Notes: generated from the letters alone by a model not told the origin. 32,596 nt of DNA from a virus (IMGVR_UViG_3300048576_000522:1-32596); one strand, 5' to 3'; positions 8,794-18,395 are shown, numbered from the stretch's first letter. Numbers and translations are program-made.

Positions 8794-9530
8794 TAGTTTT
8801 CTTGTGCCCAGGTTCCGCGAATAGCTTTGATTCGGTAGCCATCTGTTCCATCAGCAACAAACGTTATAAAATCACCTTTTTTCGCTGTTGCTTTTGTATT
8901 GTCGATTTGGAAACCGTCGCCGCCTGCGGCAATGCCAAGACCGCCAAGCGATTTATCACCCGCCTGGAAATCAACTGAAACTTTCGCTGCTCCGTCGGCT
9001 GCCATATTCATAACCGTAAATTCAAGACCAACGGCAGTCGCAGGAAGAGTGATAACGGTATTATCCGCCGTACAATCGTAGCAACTGCCTGACTCTGTAA
9101 CCGCCGCATTTGCGTTTGCTGCTTTAGTGATGCGAGCAGCACCTGCAAATGTCGGGATTCGAGCATCGAATTTGTTTAATGCAACATAAACAAACTCATC
9201 CGCTGCCGCAGCTGGTATAACCGCCGTTCCGAGAAGTACATCACCAGAGGCTTGTGCGTCACCGCCAATTTGCGTGGCCGCTCCGCTTCCAGCTACGCCA
9301 CCTTGCGGATTACCATCGGCATCGAACCAGACAGGCAGACCTGCTGCAAATGCTTCATTCTTTTTGAGAACTGCAAATATACCTTCAACAGCCAGTGCGC
9401 CTTTGGTATTTGCCGGGATATCAAGCTTTGTTATCCCGACAAGACCTTTTTGCACAACGATTGTTCCGGCTGCTACATCAACAGCCGGTGTGTAATCGAT
9501 CGATTTGCCATTTTGATAAAAACTAATCAT
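8793..9530 (-). CDS. Capsid decoration/cement protein (DUF2190-like) with extra C-terminal domain
   Basis: N-terminus FYQNGKSIDYTPAVDVAAGTIVV...GALAVEGIF is typical of DUF2190. It directly follows the capsid gene. Confidence 0.75.
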   Translation of the reverse strand: MISFYQNGKSIDYTPAVDVAAGTIVVQKGLVGITKLDIPANTKGALAVEGIFAVLKKNEAFAAGLPVWFDADGNPQGGVAGSGAATQIGGDAQASGDVLLGTAVIPAAAADEFVYVALNKFDARIPTFAGAARITKAANANAAVTESGSCYDCTADNTVITLPATAVGLEFTVMNMAADGAAKVSVDFQAGDKSLGGLGIAAGGDGFQIDNTKATAKKGDFITFVADGTDGYRIKAIRGTWAQEN

Positions 9531-9562
9531 TGTTTTTTACTCCTATTTAAAAAAGAAAGTTA

Positions 9563-11455
9563 TTAAGCTTCACCTTTGAACTTCACAGCGCCGCGATAAT
9601 CCTGCTCACGAACACCGAAATCGATAAAGCCCCTGAACTGAATCCCAAGTGTATTAAAATCTGCATCGGTTTTTTCAACTGTGGGTTGATCAATTCCATT
9701 GAGGAACGCAACTTCCAAGGCAGGAAGCCTGTTTGGATCAGCAAACAGATACCATGCCTTTGAACTGTATCCTGCAAAAGATGAGTTGCTCAGATAACTG
9801 CTGGAAACAACTTCATATTTACCTATATGCGGATTAGATGCAGGTTTACCCTTATTGGCAGTTGTAGTTTCATTGAGGGTTGGTGACTTCATCAGCAAAT
9901 CAGCTGGAACTCTCAATGCCGTTGGTACTAAAATCAATGATGGCTGAACACCAAGAGGCTTACCATTTGGTTTAGTCTGTTCACCAAATACAACCTCGGC
10001 ATCTGTTAGTGAATCAACACCTAAGGCAGTATCTGCGCCATCTTTATAATTCTTATGAGCCGTCGAGAAAAAGCTCGATGGATTAGATAAAAGCAGTCCC
10101 CAGACAGCATCAGCTATAGCTTCCGCTGCTCCCATACCAATCTGTCTCGGCACATCCGTAAAAGCTGCAAGGTCATCATTGATAATCATCTGGCGGGTTA
10201 AGGCAAACATGATACCGTGGGTATCAGCCTTCTGGCCGTATTTCTGCTCATCAATTTTACCGTGTTTTAATTCGCCATCCGGGCCTACCTGCTCGAATTT
10301 AAAACTTCCGGTCATTCGATATCTACTGTGTTCTTTAAAATCATTAACACTTGCAATCTTGCAAATCTTTCGCCATGCATCTTCAATGTAGTTATAACCT
10401 TCCAAGAGCATCTTATTAGCTACATTGGAGAGTATCCCCGGCAGCGATGCTGTACTGAAAGCCGCTGCAAGCCATGCCGATGCATCCCTACGGAATCTTG
10501 GAAGCTGCATAGCGCAAATCTGCTCACAATATTCCTGGATACCAATACCACGAAGTTTTTCAGCGGCATCAAGCGTCTGGTCATCGTAATGCGTTTCCAA
10601 ACGAGAGCTTGAAATACCCGAAGCCATCAATGCTACAGCTTCAAACACTTTTGGGGTTGCCGCAGGTTTCTGGGAAGTGATGATATTTACATTTGGTCTG
10701 GATGCTCGCAGAACTTCCAATTCACATTTGCTCTGATCCCAACCTTCGGCAATTGCTTTTGCTTCGATATCATCGTATTTGCCGCAGCAGATTTTCTTAA
10801 TGGCTGCGATACGGGTAGTTTCCGCTGCGGCTGCTGCCCTGATATCTGAGACAGCAGACTCTGCATTGATTGTAGTTTCCTGATTTTCTTTATTGTCGAG
10901 ATTTTCCATAGTGTCCTCCGATTTATTTGCTGCAATTGTTGCCGAAGTATTATTATCTGCACCCAGGGTCACAAAACTAATTTCACCAAGGGTTGATTTA
11001 CGTGCGATATTTAATGGGCCTGTAAAATCTTTGCCATTTACTTTTGCGATACTGCCTGCTTTTATAAATTCTACCTGGTCTGCCCTTGCCCCAATCGATG
11101 CCTGCCATTTGAATCCTTTATCAGCCAAAGCAATTACACGCGTTACTCTGGGTGAATCACCTAAGATTTCCCCAACCGCGATTAGATTATTTTCCAGAAT
11201 ATCCACATGGTCAGTCTGGCCAAGCAAATCATCGATATCCTGGTTATGACTTATAAATATTGGCCGCGAGGAATTGCCAACATTCAATCCCTGCAAGTCA
11301 ATAACCACAGGATATTTCCAGCCTTCAAGCATCATTGTGCCGCCAGTATACGCCGTCATTGAGAAACGTCTGTTTTTGGGTTTTTCGTTTTCACCGATTG
11401 CCTGTGCTGCTTCGATTGAAAAGTTTGCTGTTAAATTTAGTTTATTCTGCGTCAT
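9563..11455 (-). CDS. Prohead protease-major capsid protein fusion (Mu gpT-like capsid)
   Basis: N-terminal protease-like region (AYTGG, WQASIGA, EISFVTLGAD), a scaffold-like linker, and a capsid region with ALTRQMIINDDL and DFGVREQDYRG. Confidence 0.9.
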   Translation of the reverse strand: MTQNKLNLTANFSIEAAQAIGENEKPKNRRFSMTAYTGGTMMLEGWKYPVVIDLQGLNVGNSSRPIFISHNQDIDDLLGQTDHVDILENNLIAVGEILGDSPRVTRVIALADKGFKWQASIGARADQVEFIKAGSIAKVNGKDFTGPLNIARKSTLGEISFVTLGADNNTSATIAANKSEDTMENLDNKENQETTINAESAVSDIRAAAAAETTRIAAIKKICCGKYDDIEAKAIAEGWDQSKCELEVLRASRPNVNIITSQKPAATPKVFEAVALMASGISSSRLETHYDDQTLDAAEKLRGIGIQEYCEQICAMQLPRFRRDASAWLAAAFSTASLPGILSNVANKMLLEGYNYIEDAWRKICKIASVNDFKEHSRYRMTGSFKFEQVGPDGELKHGKIDEQKYGQKADTHGIMFALTRQMIINDDLAAFTDVPRQIGMGAAEAIADAVWGLLLSNPSSFFSTAHKNYKDGADTALGVDSLTDAEVVFGEQTKPNGKPLGVQPSLILVPTALRVPADLLMKSPTLNETTTANKGKPASNPHIGKYEVVSSSYLSNSSFAGYSSKAWYLFADPNRLPALEVAFLNGIDQPTVEKTDADFNTLGIQFRGFIDFGVREQDYRGAVKFKGEA

Positions 11456-12875
11456 CGTCTTTCTCCAAAATTGAGGTTGTTTGTTTTTCTGATGAAATTC
11501 CTAATTCATCCATAAGTTTTTTCTCACGCGATCTCTGGCGAAGTTCAACTTCCCAGTCCTTGCCCTGCTTTGCATATTCATCAGCCAATGTAGTTGTATG
11601 ATTGGAAAGTCTGATTTCCTGTGCTTTTGCCTCTTTTGCAGGATCAACATGCTCAGTCCCATCCCAAAACCACTGATGGCAAGGCGTAGCCCTGCACCGG
11701 CTCATAATTGTTCGCCAACTGAGTGGCAGATAGTCGGAAATTAAAATTGCTTCATTAAGCCATGCCTGCAAAATTCTATCGAGAATTACAAGTGCCATGT
11801 CCGCCTGATCCACCCGGATACTTTTGTAATATGTTTGATGGTCGAGCCGGCCGGAGGCATAGTTGTATCCCGATGAATTACATGCCGCGATATTAAATGG
11901 CATATTCAGACAGCGAGCTATCTCATTTAGAATCTGATTTTTGAATTCGCCGTATGTAGTTGTTGGCTGATGGGCTTCTATCTGGCCAAGTTTCCAGCCA
12001 TCGGGAAGCGTAGTTGCCATTCGTTTTTCAAGTTGAACTACATCCATCGGCTCTAAATTTGCAGCTTCACCATTTGCCGGGCTGTCTGTATATAAAACCG
12101 CCGCAAAATCAGCTGCAGTTTCAGCGGCTGCTATTACTGCCAGCGTATATCTTCGAAGTTGTGCAAATAGCGGAAGTGCCGGAGTAATTTCCGGAATCCC
12201 CCTGCTTTGACCTGGTCTATCAGCCCGGAACCAGTGGACCATCGAATTTGCCTCGACGGCACTGTATTCCTGATCAAACATCTGAGAAACTGCTCCGGGA
12301 TGGTTCTTTAACACATAATAAAATGCAGGATTACCGAATTCATCAAATTGAATTCCATCGGTCCGATTATTTAAAATATAGTTTTTAGACCACGGGGTAG
12401 TCACCTGGTCTGCTTCAATTAATCTCAAGTCAAGTTTTACAGGAGAATTTAAATTCCTGTTTATTGAAAGTATCCCGAATGCCTCACCATCGCTTGCTCG
12501 TACCATCCGCATAGTGCGGAGTTTCTGGGCAAGTTTGATTTGAGATGCCCAGTTCATAAACTCTGTTTCGATAATGCCGTTGCCAAGATCGTCATCAGTA
12601 AGCATTTGAAGTCTTGGGCCTGTGCCGACAACATCATTAGCCAAGGTAGTAACAATTCCGCGGGCATAGCTGTTATTTGCAACTTCGTAGCGGCTGCGGT
12701 TTCGAAGAGTTTTGCGAACATCGGCGCTTGCGGCAGAATCTGCCGATAAAGAATCTGCATTAGCCCAATGCCGCTGATTATCAGCTGTGGTCTGGGCGGC
12801 ATCGAACCTTGCCCGCAGGATTCGTCCTGCCGGATGCAAGAGTTTTTGCTTTTTATTTTTACCGAAAAACCACAT
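11442..12875 (-). CDS. Portal protein, lambda family
   Basis: Motifs LRNRSRYEVANNSYARG, RPGQSRGIP, NYASGRLD and VDPAKEAKA. Confidence 0.93.
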   Translation of the reverse strand: MWFFGKNKKQKLLHPAGRILRARFDAAQTTADNQRHWANADSLSADSAASADVRKTLRNRSRYEVANNSYARGIVTTLANDVVGTGPRLQMLTDDDLGNGIIETEFMNWASQIKLAQKLRTMRMVRASDGEAFGILSINRNLNSPVKLDLRLIEADQVTTPWSKNYILNNRTDGIQFDEFGNPAFYYVLKNHPGAVSQMFDQEYSAVEANSMVHWFRADRPGQSRGIPEITPALPLFAQLRRYTLAVIAAAETAADFAAVLYTDSPANGEAANLEPMDVVQLEKRMATTLPDGWKLGQIEAHQPTTTYGEFKNQILNEIARCLNMPFNIAACNSSGYNYASGRLDHQTYYKSIRVDQADMALVILDRILQAWLNEAILISDYLPLSWRTIMSRCRATPCHQWFWDGTEHVDPAKEAKAQEIRLSNHTTTLADEYAKQGKDWEVELRQRSREKKLMDELGISSEKQTTSILEKDDDAE

Positions 12876-12877
12876 AC

Positions 12878-13075
12878 TTAAACCGTTCCTGATGGAGATA
12901 ACTTTGAGAATTTGATTCCCAGACCTTTACGCCGCGTCGCATTTTTACTTGCTAGGTATTTATCCGCTGCAATCTGTTCAGAGAGTGGATGCTGCTCGAC
13001 TGAATTTCCGTCGCTGGTTACTTTTGCTGGGCTGGACGCGTTATCCAAAATCGAATTATTTAAATCGTCTGTCAT
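12878..13075 (-). CDS. Small head-completion protein (gpW position)
   Basis: 65 aa (MTDDLNNSILDNASSPAKVTSDGNSVEQHPL...) immediately before the portal gene. The longer track ORF runs through a tRNA. Confidence 0.65.
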   Translation of the reverse strand: MTDDLNNSILDNASSPAKVTSDGNSVEQHPLSEQIAADKYLASKNATRRKGLGIKFSKLSPSGTV

Positions 13076-13077
13076 AA

Positions 13078-13149
13078 TTGCGGGAGAAGGATTCGAACCT
13101 TCATCTTGCAGGGCATGAGCCTGCCGAGCTACCGTTGCTCTATCCCGCC
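13078..13149 (-). tRNA. tRNA-Met(CAT), initiator-like and atypical
   Basis: Cloverleaf GGCGGGA TA GAGC AACGGTA GCTC G GCAGG CTCATGC CCTGC AAGAT GAAGG TTCGAAT CCTTC TCCCGCA A. It has a 1:72 mismatch and no encoded CCA. Confidence 0.85.
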
Positions 13150-13174
13150 AAAAGCAACTAAATTTTACGGATAT

Positions 13175-13216
13175 AAAAAAATAAGCCGATCCGGGTGTTC
13201 GGCCCCGAACGGCTTT
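13175..13216 (-). terminator. Intrinsic terminator-like hairpin upstream of the tRNA and head genes
   Basis: AAGCCGTTCGGG-gccgaaca-CCCGGA(T)CGGCTT followed by ATTTTTTT on the minus strand. Confidence 0.65.
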
Positions 13217-13362
13217 TGTAGTTTTCTGGATACCTGCGAGGATCAGTCGCAAGCTACCCGCGTTATTTAGTTGTCAAGTTTGATCATGACATGTAGATTT
13301 TGATATGCAATAGTGATATGTAAAAATATTAAAATTTATTACACCTGTAGACATCAACTTTA

Positions 13363-14166
13363 TCAGAAAAGCTTCTGTCCTGGTGTTGAGATGATTTTTC
13401 CAGGCCAAAATACTCCAATTACAAGCCATACGTTATAAGGAAATCTCGTTCCCATAAAAAAACGCGTATCCTTATCTTCTCGGCACATTTCATCAAGATA
13501 TTTTTTGCGAACAGATTCAGCGGCTGCTTCATCGGAACCAAGGCGGGCGCTCTCATTTAAAAATAAAACACCAAGTTCCCAATCTTCAATCATAGCACGG
13601 TGTGGCTTTGTACTATCTTCGCACTGAAAAACATATTGGAACTTATATGGTAATTTTCGTAATGGTTTCTGTGGAGGACCGAATAACCGCATTTGAGTAA
13701 ACATGGCCGTCCATTCAGACTTCCATTCAGAATCCGCATCGCTAATTTCAAGATCAAGCACTTTTTTCGGTTTAACTATTCCCAAAGACACAAGTTCTTC
13801 ATCATATAATGCAGATAGTTGATTAACAGTATGGTGGGGCATTTTATCAATTATCAGCCTCCGTTCAGCCCAATTATTTTTCGGAGAAAGTTTTTCACCT
13901 ATTATATGTATGGAATCTAATTGAGGCTCTCGACTTTCTTTTCTCTTATCATTTCCATGCCCCCTATTAGCTAAACCAACCTCAATCCATTGATATTTGT
14001 GGAATTGCTGATGTGCGGGTCTATATCGATAGTCTATAGGATATAAACGTACCCATTGTAAGTCCGCGGTAATTCCAGCAACACAAACCAACTCTAAATA
14101 CTTTGTTGATGGATGTGGATAAGTCATTACAGTGATGAGTACTTTTGTTGGAATATACGTACTCAA
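13363..14166 (-). CDS. Conserved hypothetical partner of the DUF488 protein
   Basis: 267 aa with TYPHPSTKYLELVCVAG, WVRLYP and IEDWELG. Its start overlaps the stop of the DUF488 gene. Confidence 0.65.
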   Translation of the reverse strand: MSTYIPTKVLITVMTYPHPSTKYLELVCVAGITADLQWVRLYPIDYRYRPAHQQFHKYQWIEVGLANRGHGNDKRKESREPQLDSIHIIGEKLSPKNNWAERRLIIDKMPHHTVNQLSALYDEELVSLGIVKPKKVLDLEISDADSEWKSEWTAMFTQMRLFGPPQKPLRKLPYKFQYVFQCEDSTKPHRAMIEDWELGVLFLNESARLGSDEAAAESVRKKYLDEMCREDKDTRFFMGTRFPYNVWLVIGVFWPGKIISTPGQKLF

Positions 14167-15026
14167 TTAAGACCTCGTAAATGGATTATTTCAAGACTTG
14201 TTTTTTTTGCCAATGCTTTAGCCAAAATATTACGATGGCAAAAAGCTGGATCACTTTCCATGCAAACTAAAACAGAAGGCTGACCTGTCATCAAAGGTAC
14301 CAATTCCTCTAATTTATCCGACAACTTCGAAAGAGATTTTTCATAAACCTCGAATAGTTCTCTATAATCTTCCGGAGATTCCAGTTGCTTTCTATCTTCG
14401 GATGCAATACCTAACTCAGGAATGTGCCTATATTTTAGCTCAAGGAATTGACTTATACGATCAAGGGTCTTTTTATGAAAACCATATCTGCGAGCCACTG
14501 GGTTACGCCTGACATCGAGTATTTGTGTAATTCCGTTTCTGATTAACATATCCATGAAACCATCAACCTGCAATCCTTCATAGCCCGCTGTATAAATTGC
14601 AGGCTTACCAACAGGACGAGCCATCAACTTTTTAATCCGGCTATTTATTGTGAAGTATGGATTTTTCGAATAGATATGTTGCACAACATCATCGACTTTC
14701 CATTTCCCGTAACGTTTGACTACGTCAAATATGTCACTTCTTAGCTGTGTTTTCAAATCCTCTGTACATTCATAATTACCTGTAGCACTCCATGTCTTTG
14801 TATCAGGCAACATCACCAAGCCTTCTTCTATTAGTTTATTCATTTCTTGAAAAAGACCAAATGAAAAAGGCCCATACTGATATGGCACAAACTGATAAAA
14901 CGAATCTCCACCTTTCGAAGGCATTTCAGTGGCTAACAGAAAGCACCATTTGACCACTTCCAAATGAGAAACTGGTCGCTGCGCTAACTGGAGCATATAC
15001 AAAATACATTTTTGTCTTGAAAGCAT
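14163..15026 (-). CDS. DUF488-domain protein with N-terminal extension (SocA/Panacea-like motif)
   Basis: C-terminal IYTAGYEG, LDVRRNPVARRYGFHK, YRHIPELGI and VCMESDPAFCHR are typical of DUF488. The N-terminal region has FVPYQYGPFS. Confidence 0.75.
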   Translation of the reverse strand: MLSRQKCILYMLQLAQRPVSHLEVVKWCFLLATEMPSKGGDSFYQFVPYQYGPFSFGLFQEMNKLIEEGLVMLPDTKTWSATGNYECTEDLKTQLRSDIFDVVKRYGKWKVDDVVQHIYSKNPYFTINSRIKKLMARPVGKPAIYTAGYEGLQVDGFMDMLIRNGITQILDVRRNPVARRYGFHKKTLDRISQFLELKYRHIPELGIASEDRKQLESPEDYRELFEVYEKSLSKLSDKLEELVPLMTGQPSVLVCMESDPAFCHRNILAKALAKKTSLEIIHLRGLN

Positions 15027-15043
15027 AAAAATCGGATTCCATT

Positions 15044-15073
15044 ATTATCTACATACATTATAATAATCGTCAA
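15044..15073 (-). promoter_or_regulatory. Possible sigma70 promoter for the moron
   Basis: TTGACG-18 nt-GATAAT in an AT-rich gap, 17 nt upstream of the DUF488 start. The match to consensus is imperfect. Confidence 0.3.
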
Positions 15074-15280
15074 TTACCAATGCAATACTTGATAGCATTT
15101 TATATTGTTATCCAATAATCTTTTCACCCGTCGTAATCCTTTTTCCGCATTTTCGGCATTGTCTACGACGAATAATCTTGCCCCCTTTATCTTTTCGTGT
15201 ATAAATTACTTTAAAATATTTGCCACCGCAATTACGGCATATTAATCCTATTTGTTCACAGTTGTTTGTGAAATCAAGCA

Positions 15281-17524
15281 TCAGTAACTCCTTTTCTGAA
15301 TATCTGACAATTTAATTCGCTGTCTTTTCGCATGCGTTTTAATATTATGACCGCTTAAACTGCATCCACACATCGATGCCGCTACCGAACATCCAACCAT
15401 GCAATCAAACCAGTGATTATCAAGACCGCCGACCTTCGGTAACCATTGATAAACTACCCTTCCGTGTCCTTCAGTTCGTACCCAGCTTTCAGAACCCGCT
15501 ATATGCTGAGCAAATAATGAATGCTGATGGCCGCCTTTGCCGAATAGCGTCATACTGCCATGATCCCCCGCTGCTACAAAGAATCTTTCATGCACGAAAG
15601 TTTTCCAGTAATTCGTATCAATAGCAACATGCGTAAATTCGCCGGTCTTATTAATATTGGGGATATACCAATGATGACCATGCCTTTCGCCGGGCTTTCT
15701 TTTATAGCTGGACATCGGTTTATTGGCGGCTTTGATGCCGACACCTTTTGAAGCCATGATATTACTTCCGAGCTTGTGACGTATATTTTCAACAATCCCG
15801 GGCATATAACCGCTATCAATCAAACATTTATCAATCTTCACGACGCCGGTGCCGCGGTTCCAGTCTCGATTTAGATAATCGCTGCACAACTTTTCCAATC
15901 CAGCCTGTATCGCCCCTTCTTTTTCCATGCCACGATAAATATCCTGCAAGCTGATTTGTGCTTTGCGAAGTGTAAATGATGCACGCCTCTGGTCAGGATA
16001 TGTTCCATAATCCACAACAAATCCAGTAAAATCCTCGGCCCATGCACATACCGTATAGAAAAGCAGCTTATCATGCACATCGATAAACATGGTAAGGTAT
16101 TGACATGACAATGGAACCTCATACCTTTTTCGGCCGTTGGTTTTTTCCATAACCTGCTCAACAGTTAAGACCTGTTCATCAGATTGTTCTGCAATAGGAT
16201 CGTTCTGATATTCAGCATAAAATGCCGCTTCATCACGGATCATCAGATTCATGGCATGCTGAATTGCAGATACTTCATCTTCATTATGACGCTGCGGCCA
16301 TGCAACACTGCTACCGCTGTCCATAGAGGATTGATTTTGAATATAAAATTCAGTTGCCTCTTTTCCGCCGTTGCCAGCTCTAAGGCTTTCTGCCCGTATT
16401 TCCTCGTACTTTTCCCAAAGTTTATTATCCGTCGGAAATGCATAAACCATTTTAGTGCATTGGCCTTGCCATTCAGGATTTTTATCAAGATCAAGAAGCT
16501 GGTCGGCAAGGTCTTTGCAGTAGATTTTTGTACAGGTAAGTAGTCCGGATATTTTCTTGCCGGGACCAGCCATACCGAGGACATCACCATTTAATGTGCT
16601 TAGTCTCTGACTGGTCTGATCCGCTGATTTGGCAGATTCCCTTGTTTGCGGATCATCAATGAGAACCAAATCAGGTCGAATTATCTTACCGTCCATGGTT
16701 GTATGAATCTGTCCGCGAATATTACTATCCAGACTATCAACCGTAATCACAGAACCTGATGCAATACTGCCCGCTATTGTTGGAATAACAATTTTATGGG
16801 TTCCCCACACTGGATATGTAAGCCGGCCTTCATACCTTTGTCCTCTTTGTTTATGAGCAGAGTTTTCCAGACACTGAATAGGATAAATAATTTCAGGAAA
16901 ATCCGCCAGTAACAAGTCATTACCGAGCATCGCCGCCTGAACACTTTGAAAAAGATTTAATGATTGCCTTGTGGCAGAACCAATCAAACAAACATATCTG
17001 CGAGCGCCAATTAAAATAGCCCAAATGGCAGCCGACCTTGTCAGAGCGGATTTGCCGCTTCCGCGAGGCATCGCAAAAGCAAATAGCCCGCCATTGAGAA
17101 CCGATTGCTCAATTTTAGCAATAACTTTCAAATGGTCGTCAGACCAAGGTAAATAAAACACATCTGCAAAATACGTCTCGCAAAAAAACCTAAAATCACT
17201 ACATGCTTTCTCCCGACGCTCAACATTTTCAATAGCAGGGATTTCACCTATATCCTGGGCAGCTTTTCGTGCGGCATTTTTAGCAACTAAATCTTTAAGA
17301 CGCGATTCTTCTACAGTTTGCTTGGTCTGTTTTGGTTTTTCATATTCGCGGGCCAGCCATGAGACATAGCGAATAAGATTTATATGCTTCCCATCGCCAA
17401 TTCGGTATGCCGCTGAGTTCATCTGCCAGCGAAGCTGGTTCTGGGATAAAACATTGCCCAGCGGAGTCGCATTCATCAGTCGTAATAGTTGTATTTGCGT
17501 TAAATTATTTACATCAATTGCCAT
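15281..17524 (-). CDS. Terminase large subunit (GpA family)
   Basis: Walker A MPRGSGKS, Walker B LVLIDDPQ, nuclease motifs FIDVH, LIDSGY and NHWFDC. Confidence 0.92.
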   Translation of the reverse strand: MAIDVNNLTQIQLLRLMNATPLGNVLSQNQLRWQMNSAAYRIGDGKHINLIRYVSWLAREYEKPKQTKQTVEESRLKDLVAKNAARKAAQDIGEIPAIENVERREKACSDFRFFCETYFADVFYLPWSDDHLKVIAKIEQSVLNGGLFAFAMPRGSGKSALTRSAAIWAILIGARRYVCLIGSATRQSLNLFQSVQAAMLGNDLLLADFPEIIYPIQCLENSAHKQRGQRYEGRLTYPVWGTHKIVIPTIAGSIASGSVITVDSLDSNIRGQIHTTMDGKIIRPDLVLIDDPQTRESAKSADQTSQRLSTLNGDVLGMAGPGKKISGLLTCTKIYCKDLADQLLDLDKNPEWQGQCTKMVYAFPTDNKLWEKYEEIRAESLRAGNGGKEATEFYIQNQSSMDSGSSVAWPQRHNEDEVSAIQHAMNLMIRDEAAFYAEYQNDPIAEQSDEQVLTVEQVMEKTNGRKRYEVPLSCQYLTMFIDVHDKLLFYTVCAWAEDFTGFVVDYGTYPDQRRASFTLRKAQISLQDIYRGMEKEGAIQAGLEKLCSDYLNRDWNRGTGVVKIDKCLIDSGYMPGIVENIRHKLGSNIMASKGVGIKAANKPMSSYKRKPGERHGHHWYIPNINKTGEFTHVAIDTNYWKTFVHERFFVAAGDHGSMTLFGKGGHQHSLFAQHIAGSESWVRTEGHGRVVYQWLPKVGGLDNHWFDCMVGCSVAASMCGCSLSGHNIKTHAKRQRIKLSDIQKRSY

Positions 17525-17720
17525 TATTTATCTTTCGATTCAGCCAAGCTGCGTAATGAATAATATTAATCGTCCCATCTGCGGCTGTCGGCATACCTTG
17601 TTCTATATGTTTGCGGATAATCTCAGCCGGTAATCCCAGCATCTTAGCGGCCATTTCCACAGTTAATGCCGAAGGATTCAACTTCGGACTACCAGGTTTA
17701 ACATTGTTTTGCTCACTCAT
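17514..17720 (-). CDS. Small HTH protein (terminase small subunit-like)
   Basis: 68 aa, LTVEMAAKMLGLPAEIIRKHIEQGMP (MerR/Nu1-like HTH). It overlaps the terminase start. Confidence 0.6.
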   Translation of the reverse strand: MSEQNNVKPGSPKLNPSALTVEMAAKMLGLPAEIIRKHIEQGMPTAADGTINIIHYAAWLNRKINNGN

Positions 17721-17828
17721 TAAAAATCTCACATGTTTCTAAAAATAATTGATTATTTCGCTTGGCTTAATCGAAAAAACATGGCCTGATCCATGCAACA
17801 TAGAACATAAATTTTTGAAAGGGAAAAA

Positions 17829-17978
17829 ATGGCAAATTATGGAAAAAGAACCAAAACAAAAAAAGCCCGCGAGCTTCTTAAAGACCTCACAGCGATAAAT
17901 ACGCTTTACCGCACAACACCAAATTGGATTAAAGAACAAAGAGCAAAGATTTACAGATTTCTGAAAAAACAAAAGTAA
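17829..17978 (+). CDS. Small basic hypothetical protein (49 aa, not in ORF track)
   Basis: MANYGKRTKTKKARELLKDL..., preceded by GAAAGGG. Confidence 0.5.
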   Translation: MANYGKRTKTKKARELLKDLTAINTLYRTTPNWIKEQRAKIYRFLKKQK

Positions 17979-17994
17979 AAAGAAAGGAATAAAT

Positions 17995-18222
17995 ATGACA
18001 AACGTAAACGAACATAAGAAAGCCAGATTCGATATTGCAAACCTGCTCGGATGGTTTGAATGCGAATTAGAAAAAGAAACAAATACCGGTTCGCCAGTAG
18101 ATGCCCTGCGAGAATTGATACGGGCATTAGCACTATTTTCCGGCATATCAGAAAAACAAATCAAAGAATCACTCGAAGACTTAACCCACACAAACAATGA
18201 AAACGAAAGGACAAGCAAATGA
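17995..18222 (+). CDS. Hypothetical protein
   Basis: 75 aa, preceded by GAAAGGA RBS. Confidence 0.6.
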   Translation: MTNVNEHKKARFDIANLLGWFECELEKETNTGSPVDALRELIRALALFSGISEKQIKESLEDLTHTNNENERTSK

Positions 18223-18392
18223 AAATCCAAATCACAAAGGGCAAATACAAAGGAATTCGCGGCAGAGTTGTTGGAGTTTATACCGATGGTCGCTATGACA
18301 TCAACGTCATCAAACCAACCCACACAAAACCCACCCAACCAAAAATCCCCACACAAATGGTCATCAAAATAAATAATTGCAAGGAGATATAA
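18219..18392 (+). CDS. Small KOW/SH3-like protein (57 aa, not in ORF track)
   Basis: MKIQITKGKYKGIRGRVVGVY..., with ATGA overlap to the previous gene and a GAAAGGA RBS. Confidence 0.55.
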   Translation: MKIQITKGKYKGIRGRVVGVYTDGRYDINVIKPTHTKPTQPKIPTQMVIKINNCKEI

Positions 18393-18395
18393 TAA

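Noticed and set aside
13076-13252. N-terminal extension of the 124-aa ORF
   Set aside because: It runs through a tRNA and a terminator. ATG 13075 is more plausible.
13272-13277. Perfect TTGACA on the minus strand as a -35 box
   Set aside because: No -10-like hexamer 16-18 nt downstream.
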